Source: a virus (Duplodnaviria; Heunggongvirae; Uroviricota; Caudoviricetes). Taken from it: 64,000 bases of DNA. Positions 1-8,987 of the stretch are shown here, piece after piece. The DNA is taken from the IMG/VR virus record IMGVR_UViG_3300017938_000005; one strand, 5' to 3'. The notes below the pieces were generated by a model. It saw nothing but the letters and a program-made list of their open reading frames with translations. It was not told the origin of the DNA and did not search any database. Both the position numbers and the translations under genes were made by a program. Each line of letters opens with the position of its first letter. Positions within the stretch are counted from its first letter, which is position 1.

Positions 1-1088
1 TCGTCGATCGCTGGCCAGTGGACCGCGCTTCCGTCCGCGAGAAGCTCGTAACGCTGGAGCTGCTCCGTCGTCGCCTTGCGAATCCGTTCGAAACGATCGC
101 GCTGCACGAGAAGAACATATTCACTGGATGCGCGCGCGAGCGAAACGTAGAGCCACGTGGACCCGACAGTGATGTCCACGATCTGGAAACCGGTCGGCTG
201 TTCTCGCTCCTGCCGAAACTGCTCGACGTCCTCGTATCCGTCACAATTCATGCACTCGAACATCGTGTGGTCGTGGATCTCGAGCACCTTCGGGATGCTC
301 CCGTCTTCCTCCACCTGGTAGCCGCCCGCGAGGTTCCACGCGACGGGGATCCCGTAATCGAAGAACGTCTGGAAGACGATCCTGTCACGCTCGCGGAGCT
401 GCTCGGTCGTCAGCCACCCGCCGTACGGGTCGTGGATGTGTGGGTCAGCGCCGGCTTGGTAGAGGACGATGTCGACGTTGTTGACCACTATCCGGTCGAG
501 ATTCTCCTCGAGCCCCTCTTCCAGGAACACCTTCGCCTGGTCGGGCCGCGTCCAGTTCATGCCCGCGGTGAAGTGATGGACCCAATCGATTCCGAGCTTC
601 TGGATGATGTTGTCGGTGCCGTTGCCGTAATGCATGTCGAGGTCGAGAATGCCTACGCTCTCAGCGAGCTTCTCCTCTTTCAGGGCAAGCGCCGTCACCA
701 TGAGCCCGTTGAACGTGCAGAACCCTTCCGCCCGCGCGTGGCCCGCGTGATGGAAACCCGAACACGGCGCCGCTGCCACGCTCTTCGTCTCGAGCGCGCG
801 GCGCGCCGCCGAGAGCATCGCGCCCGACGTGTAGGGGAGCGAGTCCGCGACCTCACGCGATCGATTGCCGAAGCCGTTCGGCGCGCGGCAAGCGAGCACG
901 TCCTCCACGAATTTGCGATCGTGTGCCCGCGCGAGTTCGACCACGGTGACGGGTATGGGTTCGACGATCTCGATCGGGAATTTTTCTTTCCATGACGCGA
1001 CGACGGCGGCCGGTTTGCCCGCGCTCGGCGAGGCGCGCTCGGAGCTGACGACCATCTTGGGCGTGTAGAAGACGGGGATCGATTTCAC
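1..1088 (-). CDS. Zn-dependent histone-deacetylase-family (Rpd3/HDA1/AcuC-like) deacylase with C-terminal DUF2442-like domain; 3'-partial (runs off window)
   Basis: Not in ORF track (no stop in window). Manual translation from GTG 1088 (GTGA overlap with upstream stop): MKSIPVFYTPKMV..SPSAGKP..SGFHHAG..GFCTFNG..ILDLDMHYGNGTD..LYQAGADPH..NLAGGY, i.e. all HDAC catalytic/Zn motifs; ends ..RIRKATTEQLQRYELLADGSAVHWPAID (DUF2442-like). Confidence 0.9.
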   Translation of the reverse strand, partial: MKSIPVFYTPKMVVSSERASPSAGKPAAVVASWKEKFPIEIVEPIPVTVVELARAHDRKFVEDVLACRAPNGFGNRSREVADSLPYTSGAMLSAARRALETKSVAAAPCSGFHHAGHARAEGFCTFNGLMVTALALKEEKLAESVGILDLDMHYGNGTDNIIQKLGIDWVHHFTAGMNWTRPDQAKVFLEEGLEENLDRIVVNNVDIVLYQAGADPHIHDPYGGWLTTEQLRERDRIVFQTFFDYGIPVAWNLAGGYQVEEDGSIPKVLEIHDHTMFECMNCDGYEDVEQFRQEREQPTGFQIVDITVGSTWLYVSLARASSEYVLLVQRDRFERIRKATTEQLQRYELLADGSAVHWPAID

Positions 1089-1291
1089 GGCCGCTCCTCG
1101 CTCGACCCGAGATAGACGTCGGGATAGATCGCGCGCTCGGCTTCCCGGATCGTGCAACCCGCACGCACAGCTTCGCCCACGAGTCGCCTGTACCGGAGGA
1201 AGAGTTCAAGCTCACGACGATCGCCTGGCGCGAGGCGACCGAGAGCGCTCTCAACTTCACGATGTCCCTTGAACGACATTCTCTTCCTCAT
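1085..1291 (-). CDS. hypothetical protein
   Basis: ATGA-coupled start at 1291 (MRKRMSFKG..) within track ORF 1085-1375. Confidence 0.55.
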   Translation of the reverse strand: MRKRMSFKGHREVESALGRLAPGDRRELELFLRYRRLVGEAVRAGCTIREAERAIYPDVYLGSSEERP

Positions 1292-1509
1292 TCCACCGCG
1301 TCGCCGAGCTTCGCGTCTTTGTGATCGAATAAATCGCATCGACGGATCTCGGTGAAGCCGTTCAACGCTTTCCATTTCGCGACCGTCGTTTCAACGAACC
1401 CCTCATAACGGGTGAACCGCTTGTCGCAGATGTACACGTAGCGAGGAACGATCGGGTAGTCGTCCTCGAGTACCGTCTCGTCCTTTGCGAGCTTGAACGT
1501 CGGCATCAT
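1288..1509 (-). CDS. hypothetical protein
   Basis: Track ORF, protein-like composition, coupled to neighbours. Confidence 0.7.
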   Translation of the reverse strand: MMPTFKLAKDETVLEDDYPIVPRYVYICDKRFTRYEGFVETTVAKWKALNGFTEIRRCDLFDHKDAKLGDAVE

Positions 1510-1510
1510 G

Positions 1511-1945
1511 TCACTCCTTCACGACGACGCCGAGAATCGGTTTGTCCGGCGCAATTCTCCGGAGACTCTCGAAAGGATTCTCCGTCCGTTCGGCGATCCC
1601 CTTGAAAAAAGTCATGGTCTCCCCGCATGCCACGGTCGCTGCCCTCACGTAGGCATGCACGTACGTCATGACGTTGTCGGCCGCTTTGGCCCTCTTCGCT
1701 TTCTCCCTGTCGTACGGTGGAAGCGAACTGAGTTCGGGGTGCTGCGCGAGGAGCGCGTCCCGCACGCGCTGCCAGAGCGCTTCTTCTGCGAACTCGTGAG
1801 TCCAGACTGGGTGTCCGAGGACGTGCTCCGTGAGGCGATGCTGCGCGTCGAAACCGGTCTCGTCGTCCTCGCCGAGCACGTAGCCGGTCATCATCCCCGC
1901 GACAGCGGCCATGTGGAACGTCTGCTTGTCGTCGCCGTTGCTCAT
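1511..1945 (-). CDS. hypothetical phage protein
   Basis: Start trimmed to ATGA overlap at 1945 (MSNGDDKQ..HVLGHPVWTHE..). Confidence 0.7.
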   Translation of the reverse strand: MSNGDDKQTFHMAAVAGMMTGYVLGEDDETGFDAQHRLTEHVLGHPVWTHEFAEEALWQRVRDALLAQHPELSSLPPYDREKAKRAKAADNVMTYVHAYVRAATVACGETMTFFKGIAERTENPFESLRRIAPDKPILGVVVKE

Positions 1946-2190
1946 GATCGCTGACAGCTCCAATCGTTTCGCCACGAATTCGGCAGGCGCAAGCCACCTC
2001 CGCATCCCGGCCACGATGTTCCGGATGCACCGTGATGCCTGCACGAGTGTCCACAGCTCGGGCACGAGACGTAGTCGCCGCCGTGAACGTAGTTGTGGTG
2101 CACGTCTTCGCGCTCGTAGGTGAACCGAGCGCCGCACTCGGAGCACGACGCCTTGTACTGGGTGATGCCTTCTTGGATGATCCGCTTCAT
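1942..2190 (-). CDS. zinc-ribbon protein
   Basis: CSEC..CPSC motifs. Confidence 0.7.
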   Translation of the reverse strand: MKRIIQEGITQYKASCSECGARFTYEREDVHHNYVHGGDYVSCPSCGHSCRHHGASGTSWPGCGGGLRLPNSWRNDWSCQRS

Positions 2191-2384
2191 CGTCGCCCTT
2201 CCTCCTCTAAGAGAACTTCGCTCTCCACGAAGCCGCCGTCCCTCAACGCTTGCTCAAAGGTCGAATCTCCAGTGAAACCGTTTTTGCCGGGTCCACACAT
2301 CCCCAATCCACCTTGACCCATGTGCCAGCACCGACGCTTGCCGCAGCCCGGGCGCCGGCAGATGTCATCCTTGCTTTTGCTCAT
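2187..2384 (-). CDS. small Cys-containing hypothetical protein
   Basis: MSKSKDDICRRPGC..; ATGA coupling. Confidence 0.55.
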   Translation of the reverse strand: MSKSKDDICRRPGCGKRRCWHMGQGGLGMCGPGKNGFTGDSTFEQALRDGGFVESEVLLEEEGRR

Positions 2385-2583
2385 GCTCCTTCTTTGGCTC
2401 CTTGCACTTGGAACAGACGTGCTTCGGGAACGTCCCGTCGGCTCGCATCGGTCCTCGGTTCGGGACCGTCGTTCTTGATCTTGAACAAGTTCCCGCACGC
2501 CTCGCACCTTCGAATTCCGCTCATGGTCAGTGGTTCCTTACTGTACTGCTTTTCGGATCATCGATACCGTCCTTTTTCCTTTT

Positions 2584-2787
2584 TCATCGTTCTCCCGGTT
2601 GGAGGCGCGACGCGAAAACGGACGGAAGCGCTTCTGGAATTTTGATCGCGAGCCGCACGAACGCCGCGCGATTTCGCGCCCACGTCGACATGCGCGCCAT
2701 GGTCACGTCGTCACTCTCTTTCGAGAGGCTCGCCGTGTCGCCCGAGACGACGTCCAGCATCAGCAGCGCGAGCTGGCGGCCTGTCAT
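2584..2787 (-). CDS. hypothetical protein
   Basis: Track ORF coupled to upstream stop. Confidence 0.55.
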   Translation of the reverse strand: MTGRQLALLMLDVVSGDTASLSKESDDVTMARMSTWARNRAAFVRLAIKIPEALPSVFASRLQPGER

Positions 2788-3455
2788 CCGAGCCCCACGA
2801 ACCGGGCGCCGAGCGGCGCGACCGAGCGCGCCACGAAACGCGAGCCGAGGATCTTCTCGAGCTGGGCCTCGGACGCCCGCCCCGAGGCGATGAGCATCGA
2901 GACCGTCTGGTGGAACGGCCTCGCTCGCTTGCGCAGGACGAGGCGCTTGCTCATGCGGTAACCCTGCACGAGGACCCCGAGCACCTTCGGATCAAGCGGC
3001 TCTTGAAAGAGCCGAACGAAGTCGATCGACGCGCCCGTCTCGATCGGCTTCCAAGGCGGCGATGCGTCGCCGATCGCTTTGGCTTCCGCGAGGGCTGCGC
3101 GGAGGTCGGACGCCGCTTGAGCGCTCCGCCCTTTCTTGAAGATCGTCGCCTCGGCCGCGGCGCCCGCGAGGAGGATCGCGAGGTAACACCATCGCTCGTC
3201 GGGCTTGCCGATGTTGAAGTACGCGATCTGCACGTGCCCCGACCCCTCCATGCGGACGAGGACCTCGGGCATGTTGCGCACGAACGTGCAGCTCCACGCG
3301 GCGACGACGTGGCCCGCCTCGTGAACCGCGGCCCGGATGTAGGGCGTCTCGATGGGCGCGATCGACCTCGGTGGCGCGCGCCTGCCGGCGAGCACCGGAA
3401 TCGCGAACATCATGAGGCCCACGAAAACGCCGAGGAGGATCGCGAACGTGATCAA
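2784..3455 (-). CDS. membrane-anchored FtsH-type (peptidase M41-like) zinc metalloprotease domain without AAA module
   Basis: TTG start overlapping upstream TGA; N-terminal TM (LITFAILLGVFVGLMMFAIPVL); AAVHEAGH zinc motif, GSG, LLAGAAAE, A.SDL motifs typical of M41. Confidence 0.8.
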   Translation of the reverse strand: MITFAILLGVFVGLMMFAIPVLAGRRAPPRSIAPIETPYIRAAVHEAGHVVAAWSCTFVRNMPEVLVRMEGSGHVQIAYFNIGKPDERWCYLAILLAGAAAEATIFKKGRSAQAASDLRAALAEAKAIGDASPPWKPIETGASIDFVRLFQEPLDPKVLGVLVQGYRMSKRLVLRKRARPFHQTVSMLIASGRASEAQLEKILGSRFVARSVAPLGARFVGLG

Positions 3456-3784
3456 GGCAAGACCTTGGTAACCTTCGCCACGGTCACGAGGGCGCGCATC
3501 TCTCCTTCGATCTCTTGCTTTTGATCGAGGCATGCGAAGAAGCGCTCGAGGAGCGCGAGCATCTCCGGCTCCGCCGATTTCTTGAGGAGCGCGTTCTCGT
3601 CTTCGAGGCGCTCGATCTCCGCGAGTGCGCGAGCAAGGTCACGGCGATCTTCGGCCCACGCCAGGATGTTCTGGTTACGGATCTCGAGGTCACGCGCCTG
3701 CTCCGGCGTGTCGTCCTCGTCCGACGAGATGATCGCGGGTGTGGGTTTCGAGATGCGTTTCCGGATGACCTCGATGTCGAGCAT
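3452..3784 (-). CDS. coiled-coil hypothetical protein
   Basis: MLDIEVIRKR..; coupled. Confidence 0.65.
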   Translation of the reverse strand: MLDIEVIRKRISKPTPAIISSDEDDTPEQARDLEIRNQNILAWAEDRRDLARALAEIERLEDENALLKKSAEPEMLALLERFFACLDQKQEIEGEMRALVTVAKVTKVLP

Positions 3785-4080
3785 TACGGCTTCACTTTCT
3801 TGGCTTCGAAAAGGGCTTTCTCCATCGCCTCGATTCCACTCTTCCATTCCGGGTTCGCATGCATGCTCTGACGCGTGAACTCTCCGAGCGACCGGAGAAG
3901 TTCCTCGCCCGCGGCGAGGACGCTGTCCTTCTCGCCCTTCAACGCGAGCGCCTCAGCGCGAAGCTCCTCGTATTGCGAGGAGGCAATCGTGAGGCGTCCG
4001 ACGCTGCTCACCGGGTGAACGAGCCACGCGGCACGCTCGCGCGAAGGTCGCGGCGTCGGAAGACCGTCTTCGGCGCTCAT
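3784..4080 (-). CDS. hypothetical protein
   Basis: MSAEDG.. start at ATGA overlap with ABC ATPase stop. Confidence 0.6.
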   Translation of the reverse strand: MSAEDGLPTPRPSRERAAWLVHPVSSVGRLTIASSQYEELRAEALALKGEKDSVLAAGEELLRSLGEFTRQSMHANPEWKSGIEAMEKALFEAKKVKP

Positions 4081-4886
4081 AGCGTCGCGAAGCGCTCGCG
4101 CACTTCCCTTTGCATCTCCGCAAACGCGGGCAGGTCTTGCGGGCGCTCCTGCCACGCCAGGCCGCGCTCGATGAGATCGTACGTGTGGAGGATCTTCGCG
4201 CCGAGCGAGCGTCCCTCGCCGTCGCGCGTTCGCCCGAGGAGCCAGAGGTGATCGGCGATGGTGAGGATCGCGGCGATGTCGTGCGTCACGACGAAGATCG
4301 TGTTCTCTTCTGAGAGCGATGCAACCTGCTTGATGAGTTCGCACACCTTGTCCTTCATGATGGGATCGAGACCCGTCGTCGGCTCGTCGAGGATGAGGAA
4401 GTGTTCGGAGCAGAGGAGCTGCTGCGCGATGGCGACGCGTTGCCGCTGGCCGCCGGAAAGCTCCGCGGGGAAATCGAGCGCCTTGTCCGCGAGCCCGAAC
4501 TTCGAGAGCATGTCGTTCGATTTCTGCGCCGCCCCCTCGCCCGACGCGCCGGCGCGGCGCGCCGCCACCTTCAGGTTGCCGAGGACGGTCTTGTGGCGAA
4601 GGAGCGGGTAATTCTGCGCGACGTAACCGACGACGCCGGCCGCGACCTTCTTGCCGCCCACGAGGATCTCGCCCGACGTCGGCTCTTGAAGCCCCGTCAT
4701 AATCCGCGAGAGCTGCGTCTTACCGATCCCGCTCGGCCCGAGCACGCCGATGACCTGCCCCGTCACGACATCAGGCCGAACGATGTCGCGCACCTCCGCG
4801 GACAGATCCTCGAGGATCGGCTTGCCGCCGTACGACAGGCCCACGTTTTGGATGCTGATGAGGACGTCCTTGTACTCGTGATTCAC
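4077..4886 (-). CDS. ABC transporter ATP-binding protein (NitT/TauT/SsuB-like)
   Basis: Walker A GPSGIGKT, signature LSGGQRQR, Walker B ILDEP, H-loop VTHD; GTG start at 4886. Confidence 0.93.
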   Translation of the reverse strand: MNHEYKDVLISIQNVGLSYGGKPILEDLSAEVRDIVRPDVVTGQVIGVLGPSGIGKTQLSRIMTGLQEPTSGEILVGGKKVAAGVVGYVAQNYPLLRHKTVLGNLKVAARRAGASGEGAAQKSNDMLSKFGLADKALDFPAELSGGQRQRVAIAQQLLCSEHFLILDEPTTGLDPIMKDKVCELIKQVASLSEENTIFVVTHDIAAILTIADHLWLLGRTRDGEGRSLGAKILHTYDLIERGLAWQERPQDLPAFAEMQREVRERFATL

Positions 4887-5140
4887 GGCGTCACCGGCAC
4901 CCCTTTGAACTCCGACTCCGCAGCCGGGGCGAGGGCTGCGTGCAGAATGTGAATCGCCGTATCGGGGCTCCATTTGTCCATCAAGTCCAGGAGCTTCTCG
5001 AGCGCCGCGTCCTTGCGTGCGACTTCAGCGCGAAGGGCGCGGAGGTGTCGCTGGAGATGTTCGACGCAATCCCGATCATCCCAGTGCACCTCACGGCCAT
5101 ACTTCGTCACCAATTCGATATCGCATCGCGGACATTTCAT
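4883..5140 (-). CDS. hypothetical protein (CxxC)
   Basis: MKCPRC..; coupled. Confidence 0.6.
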   Translation of the reverse strand: MKCPRCDIELVTKYGREVHWDDRDCVEHLQRHLRALRAEVARKDAALEKLLDLMDKWSPDTAIHILHAALAPAAESEFKGVPVTP

Positions 5141-5454
5141 GACGCGCGCCTCTTGCCTGTGACTTCCGCCCACGCGCGCTCGAAATCTTCAACACCAACG
5201 TGTTTCGATTCCATGAAATTGCCGCTGCTCGACCAGTGCCACACCTGCTTGCCCTCGCGCCCGTCTTCCTTCGCCCTCACGGCCATCGACCAGCCCCATG
5301 TCCGGCCGTCCCAACGGCGAAGCAGGCCGACAGCGGCGAGGAGCTTCTGCCGATCCACTTCCTCCTCCCACTCGTCCATGGAGAAGACGACGCGGGGTGG
5401 TCCAAACACGAGAAGCAACGTCGGAACGAAGTCTTTTTCTTTCCGCAGTTTCAT
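5137..5454 (-). CDS. hypothetical protein
   Basis: Track ORF. Confidence 0.6.
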   Translation of the reverse strand: MKLRKEKDFVPTLLLVFGPPRVVFSMDEWEEEVDRQKLLAAVGLLRRWDGRTWGWSMAVRAKEDGREGKQVWHWSSSGNFMESKHVGVEDFERAWAEVTGKRRAS

Positions 5455-5455
5455 G

Positions 5456-5824
5456 TCACCCGTGCGAGAGGAGCACCATCACGAAGTCGCCGCCCTCGGT
5501 GACGAAGAACTCGTGGCAGATGACGTTGTCCGTCTCGTCCGCCGCCTTTTCCAACGCTGCCTCGATCGTGGACGAGTTCATCGCGAGCTTGCCGAGGAGC
5601 ACGGACTTCAGGTTCACGGGGTACCCCGGCTCGTCGTCGCGATACCCGATGCTGAGGATGAGGCGCTTCTGTCCTTCGAGGTATTCGACACCGATGCTCT
5701 TCGGCGCGACGCTGTTGTCCTTGGTGAAGACGTCCGCTTGACGGAAGAGTTGTTCCACGGCGTCCTCACTCTCCGCGTCAGAGATGAAGACTTTGAACTT
5801 CGAGTGGACTTGGTGCTTGATCAT
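5456..5824 (-). CDS. small soluble protein, probable accessory member of the ABC/OmpA cluster
   Basis: Bacterial-style compact alpha/beta sequence (HSKFKVF..APKSIGVEYLE..LSIGY..CHE); lies between permease and ATPase. Confidence 0.7.
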   Translation of the reverse strand: MIKHQVHSKFKVFISDAESEDAVEQLFRQADVFTKDNSVAPKSIGVEYLEGQKRLILSIGYRDDEPGYPVNLKSVLLGKLAMNSSTIEAALEKAADETDNVICHEFFVTEGGDFVMVLLSHG

Positions 5825-6075
5825 GAGTGCTCCTTCTTCCCGCCCACGCCGTTCGTGTGGGCGGATATCTGTTTAGCGATGATGGGACGATGGACTTCTG
5901 ACTTCTTCGTGACTTCTGGTTGCGGCGCCCACCACGAGAAGTACCGGGTGAGGACCTTCCGCACCTCGCGCGCAGCGGCCTTGCGCGAGGCGTCCTGATC
6001 CATGTTCTTGAAGCCCTCGGCGTCGCCGAAGAACCCGCGCAGCGCGGCCTGGGCAAGCTCGTCGACAAACGTCAC
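5821..6075 (-). CDS. hypothetical protein
   Basis: GTGA-coupled start 6075. Confidence 0.5.
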   Translation of the reverse strand: MTFVDELAQAALRGFFGDAEGFKNMDQDASRKAAAREVRKVLTRYFSWWAPQPEVTKKSEVHRPIIAKQISAHTNGVGGKKEHS

Positions 6076-6407
6076 AGGGACCTCACGAGCCAGATGTCGA
6101 ACACGATCGCAACTCCCGCGATGACCGATGCCACGGTCCACGTCTGGCGCCGGTACGACCACCCACTTCCCAATTGGAATAGTCCCGCGAGCGCCAAGCA
6201 GAAAATGGTGCCCGGCAGCGACCTCACGATGATCGCGTTCCAGAGCGCGCCGAAGACGCACGTGAACGCGTAGCTCGGCGCTCGCGGCAGACCCTTGATG
6301 GGTTTGCCGCCGCCCTTCAGCGCCCAGACAACGATACCGGCGAAGAGGCCCGCGCTGACGACGAGCACGCCAAGGCAGCCGAAGAACAATTCATGCTCGG
6401 GCGTCAT
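6072..6407 (-). CDS. membrane protein (about 4 TM)
   Basis: Several hydrophobic stretches; ATGA start at 6407. Confidence 0.7.
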   Translation of the reverse strand: MTPEHELFFGCLGVLVVSAGLFAGIVVWALKGGGKPIKGLPRAPSYAFTCVFGALWNAIIVRSLPGTIFCLALAGLFQLGSGWSYRRQTWTVASVIAGVAIVFDIWLVRSL

Positions 6408-7183
6408 TGCCTCTCCAAGGTAAGGCTCGCGTACGGGCAGAGGATCTTCTTGAGCCACACGAAGGCGAAGTCCTGCGCGACGCCGACGCCGAGGACGACG
6501 ATCTGGATCGCGAAGACCGAGTCGAGGCGGATGTGCTTGTCCTCAGCGAGCATCATCGACCCGAGGCCGCCCTCGAACCGCACGAGCCCCTCGACGAGCG
6601 TGAGCATCACCCAACCCATCGCCGCGTTCTGGCGAACCGCGTCGATCACGGCGTCGAGGTGGCCGAGCACGACGACCTCGACGACGCTCCCCCACGGCCC
6701 CATCCGGAGCGTCCGCGCGTGGTCGAACTCCTCGCGCGGGATCGCCTCGACGACATCGTAGAGGCTCGTGACGAGGAAGACGCCCATGCCGAAGACGAGG
6801 AGCGCAACCTTCAGTCCGTGGCCCCCGCCAAAGAGGATCGTGAAAAGAACGACGAAGCCCGTGAGGCCGAGGAAACGCATCTTCGAGAGCGCGCGGACGA
6901 ACGGGCGCACCGCCGGCAGCACCGTGAGGTACGCGAGCGGCAGCGTGAGGAGGCACGACAGACCGATGGCCTGGAAGTTCGTCGAGAGCGAGACGAAGAG
7001 CTGCGGCAAGAGACCTTGGTCGACAAGGTTCGGAAACGCATGCACGACGTCCAGAGGACCGGGCAAGAAAGCCGGGCGCATCGCCCAAGCCGCGATGAGC
7101 AGAACGACGGTCGCTGCCCCGAAAATCAGGTGAACGCGTTTCGAAACGCGACCATTCGGGATCCACGCGTCGCGGAAGCTCAT
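6404..7183 (-). CDS. ABC transporter permease (NitT/TauT/SsuC-like)
   Basis: About 6 TMs; LPGPLDVV, EAA-like loop EEFDHARTLRMG, GGLG motifs. Confidence 0.9.
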   Translation of the reverse strand: MSFRDAWIPNGRVSKRVHLIFGAATVVLLIAAWAMRPAFLPGPLDVVHAFPNLVDQGLLPQLFVSLSTNFQAIGLSCLLTLPLAYLTVLPAVRPFVRALSKMRFLGLTGFVVLFTILFGGGHGLKVALLVFGMGVFLVTSLYDVVEAIPREEFDHARTLRMGPWGSVVEVVVLGHLDAVIDAVRQNAAMGWVMLTLVEGLVRFEGGLGSMMLAEDKHIRLDSVFAIQIVVLGVGVAQDFAFVWLKKILCPYASLTLERQ

Positions 7184-7404
7184 GAACCGAGGCTCCAGGT
7201 GGTGCGGACGTAAACGAATCGTGCTTGGGGAAAGACCTTCTGGATTTCCGTCAGATCGCCGCGTGCGGGATCCGCGCGTTTAGCGAGCAGAGGAGTGCCG
7301 ACGGAAGCCCACCGGACTTTCTTGTCCGCGTCCTGCGAACCGCAGAAATAGGTACCGGGCGCCAGCTCGATCACGTGGAAAGCCTCGAACATCTCTTCTT
7401 TCAT
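7180..7404 (-). CDS. hypothetical protein
   Basis: MKEEMFEAF..; coupled. Confidence 0.6.
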   Translation of the reverse strand: MKEEMFEAFHVIELAPGTYFCGSQDADKKVRWASVGTPLLAKRADPARGDLTEIQKVFPQARFVYVRTTWSLGS

Positions 7405-7817
7405 CGGGCAGGAACTTTGACTTTCTTCTCCTTGAGCTTCGCTTCGAGTTCGGCGCAGCGCGCTTCGAGGTCGGCATGCTTGCGTTTCCAATCCTCGTTC
7501 GCCTTCTCGAGGTTCTGGCGCGCCTCGAAGTTCTTGTGGTGCGCCTCCATAGAGTCCTCGCGCTCTTTCTTCAGCGCGTCCTCTACGGCCTTGAGCTTGC
7601 CGCGCAAGAGCTTCTCGAGCGCCGTGAGGCTCGCGACGAGCACCATCGCTTGCCCCGCGGTCGCGACCGCTGCGTCACGAGCCGAGCGCGTCTCCTCCAA
7701 CTCCTTGAGAATCTCTTGCATCTGCTTCACTCCAAAATATTTGCTGAAATAGTAAACCCCGAGCCCACCAGCGACGGCCCACCACGGCCACGAAGGCTTT
7801 TCAATCGCAGCAGTCAT
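7401..7817 (-). CDS. single-TM coiled-coil protein
   Basis: TM WWAVAGGLGVYYF followed by heptad-rich coil; GGAGG RBS. Confidence 0.7.
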   Translation of the reverse strand: MTAAIEKPSWPWWAVAGGLGVYYFSKYFGVKQMQEILKELEETRSARDAAVATAGQAMVLVASLTALEKLLRGKLKAVEDALKKEREDSMEAHHKNFEARQNLEKANEDWKRKHADLEARCAELEAKLKEKKVKVPAR

Positions 7818-8043
7818 CCCACCCTCCTCTCGCAAGGGCGTTCTCGAACCACTGCAGGTACCGTCGTCTCGACGCGGCAAAGCCACGGTGCTCCCAAACA
7901 TCCAGCGCGGCACGCCAGAAGACCTCCGCGCCGGCGGGGTTACCGAGCGCGAAGCATTCATAAAGGCCGAGGACGAAGTACTCGTTCGTCTTCATGCGCG
8001 CCTCTTCGGGCGACAGCTTCCCGGCTTGGTACGTCTTCACCAC
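7801..8043 (-). CDS. hypothetical protein
   Basis: 3' part of track ORF 7801-8208, GTG start. Confidence 0.5.
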   Translation of the reverse strand: MVKTYQAGKLSPEEARMKTNEYFVLGLYECFALGNPAGAEVFWRAALDVWEHRGFAASRRRYLQWFENALARGGWDDCCD

Positions 8044-8306
8044 TATCGCTCCCCCGAAGAACATCTCACTGCGAGCGCGTTCGCGAGCGCGACGATGCGG
8101 GCGAAGGCGCGCCGGATGTCGAGAACGTCTTCCTCCGTGCGCGGACCATCCGTCCCCATGCCCATCACTGCGGGGGCGAGCGCGTTGCGAAGCTCGGGCA
8201 CGAGGCATTTGACCTGCTCGGGTGTCAGCGCGAGGCGGTCTGCAATCATCTCGCCGTGTCGCTTTAGCTCTTCGGGCGTATAGCCCTGAGGTTCATAGAG
8301 TGTCAT
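8043..8306 (-). CDS. hypothetical protein
   Basis: MTLYEPQG..; coupled. Confidence 0.55.
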   Translation of the reverse strand: MTLYEPQGYTPEELKRHGEMIADRLALTPEQVKCLVPELRNALAPAVMGMGTDGPRTEEDVLDIRRAFARIVALANALAVRCSSGER

Positions 8307-8479
8307 GAGGATATGCTGCCGAAAGTGGCAACGATGGCCTGTCCCATCGTGCGAGATTTTCCCGGCTTGAGAACATGAAGGGTTCCCGACCAGGAGAAAA
8401 GAACGAGCTTCTTCGGCCATCGCTTCGCGAGCTTCTCGAGTTCCGAGATCGCGCGCTTCTCTCGAGCCGTGAGCTTCAC
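8303..8479 (-). CDS. hypothetical protein
   Basis: GTGA-coupled start. Confidence 0.55.
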   Translation of the reverse strand: MKLTAREKRAISELEKLAKRWPKKLVLFSWSGTLHVLKPGKSRTMGQAIVATFGSISS

Positions 8480-8706
8480 TCGTCGTCCTCCCCGACCAAG
8501 ATGTCCTCTACCTCGCTGAAGAACTGATGCGCGTTCACGCCGTCGATCGTGCCGTCGCGATACTGGAGATTCTTCACCCATTCGATCTTCGCGCGGACGA
8601 GTCGGTAGTCCGACACGAGCCTCATCACGGCTTGACGGTCTCCCGTGAGGGCGTCCTTCTCGAGTTCATGCGTCCGGCTTTCGTTCGATTCGCTCATCGC
8701 ATTCAC
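8476..8706 (-). CDS. hypothetical protein
   Basis: Track ORF, coupled. Confidence 0.65.
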   Translation of the reverse strand: MNAMSESNESRTHELEKDALTGDRQAVMRLVSDYRLVRAKIEWVKNLQYRDGTIDGVNAHQFFSEVEDILVGEDDE

Positions 8707-8987
8707 CTCGGGAGGTACACGATCACTTTGCCCCGACGCCGCGGACCGAGGACTTCGAGAAGCTCTTTGTGGGAGAGGATCTTGCGCTCGTTCTTCCTCG
8801 GACGACGTTTCCGGATGTTCATCTTGCTGAGGATGCAGTCGCCAAGGCAGTATTCGTGTGTCGTTGATCCGTTGTACTGGTCAGCGTGGTCGGCTGCTGC
8901 AACGGCGCCGGCCTCGTAGGCCTCACGGAGTAGGCGTGACTCCTCCGTGCCTGCGTTCATCCGCTCAAAGAGCTTCGCGGTCTTCAT
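8703..8987 (-). CDS. hypothetical protein
   Basis: Track ORF, coupled. Confidence 0.65.
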   Translation of the reverse strand: MKTAKLFERMNAGTEESRLLREAYEAGAVAAADHADQYNGSTTHEYCLGDCILSKMNIRKRRPRKNERKILSHKELLEVLGPRRRGKVIVYLPR

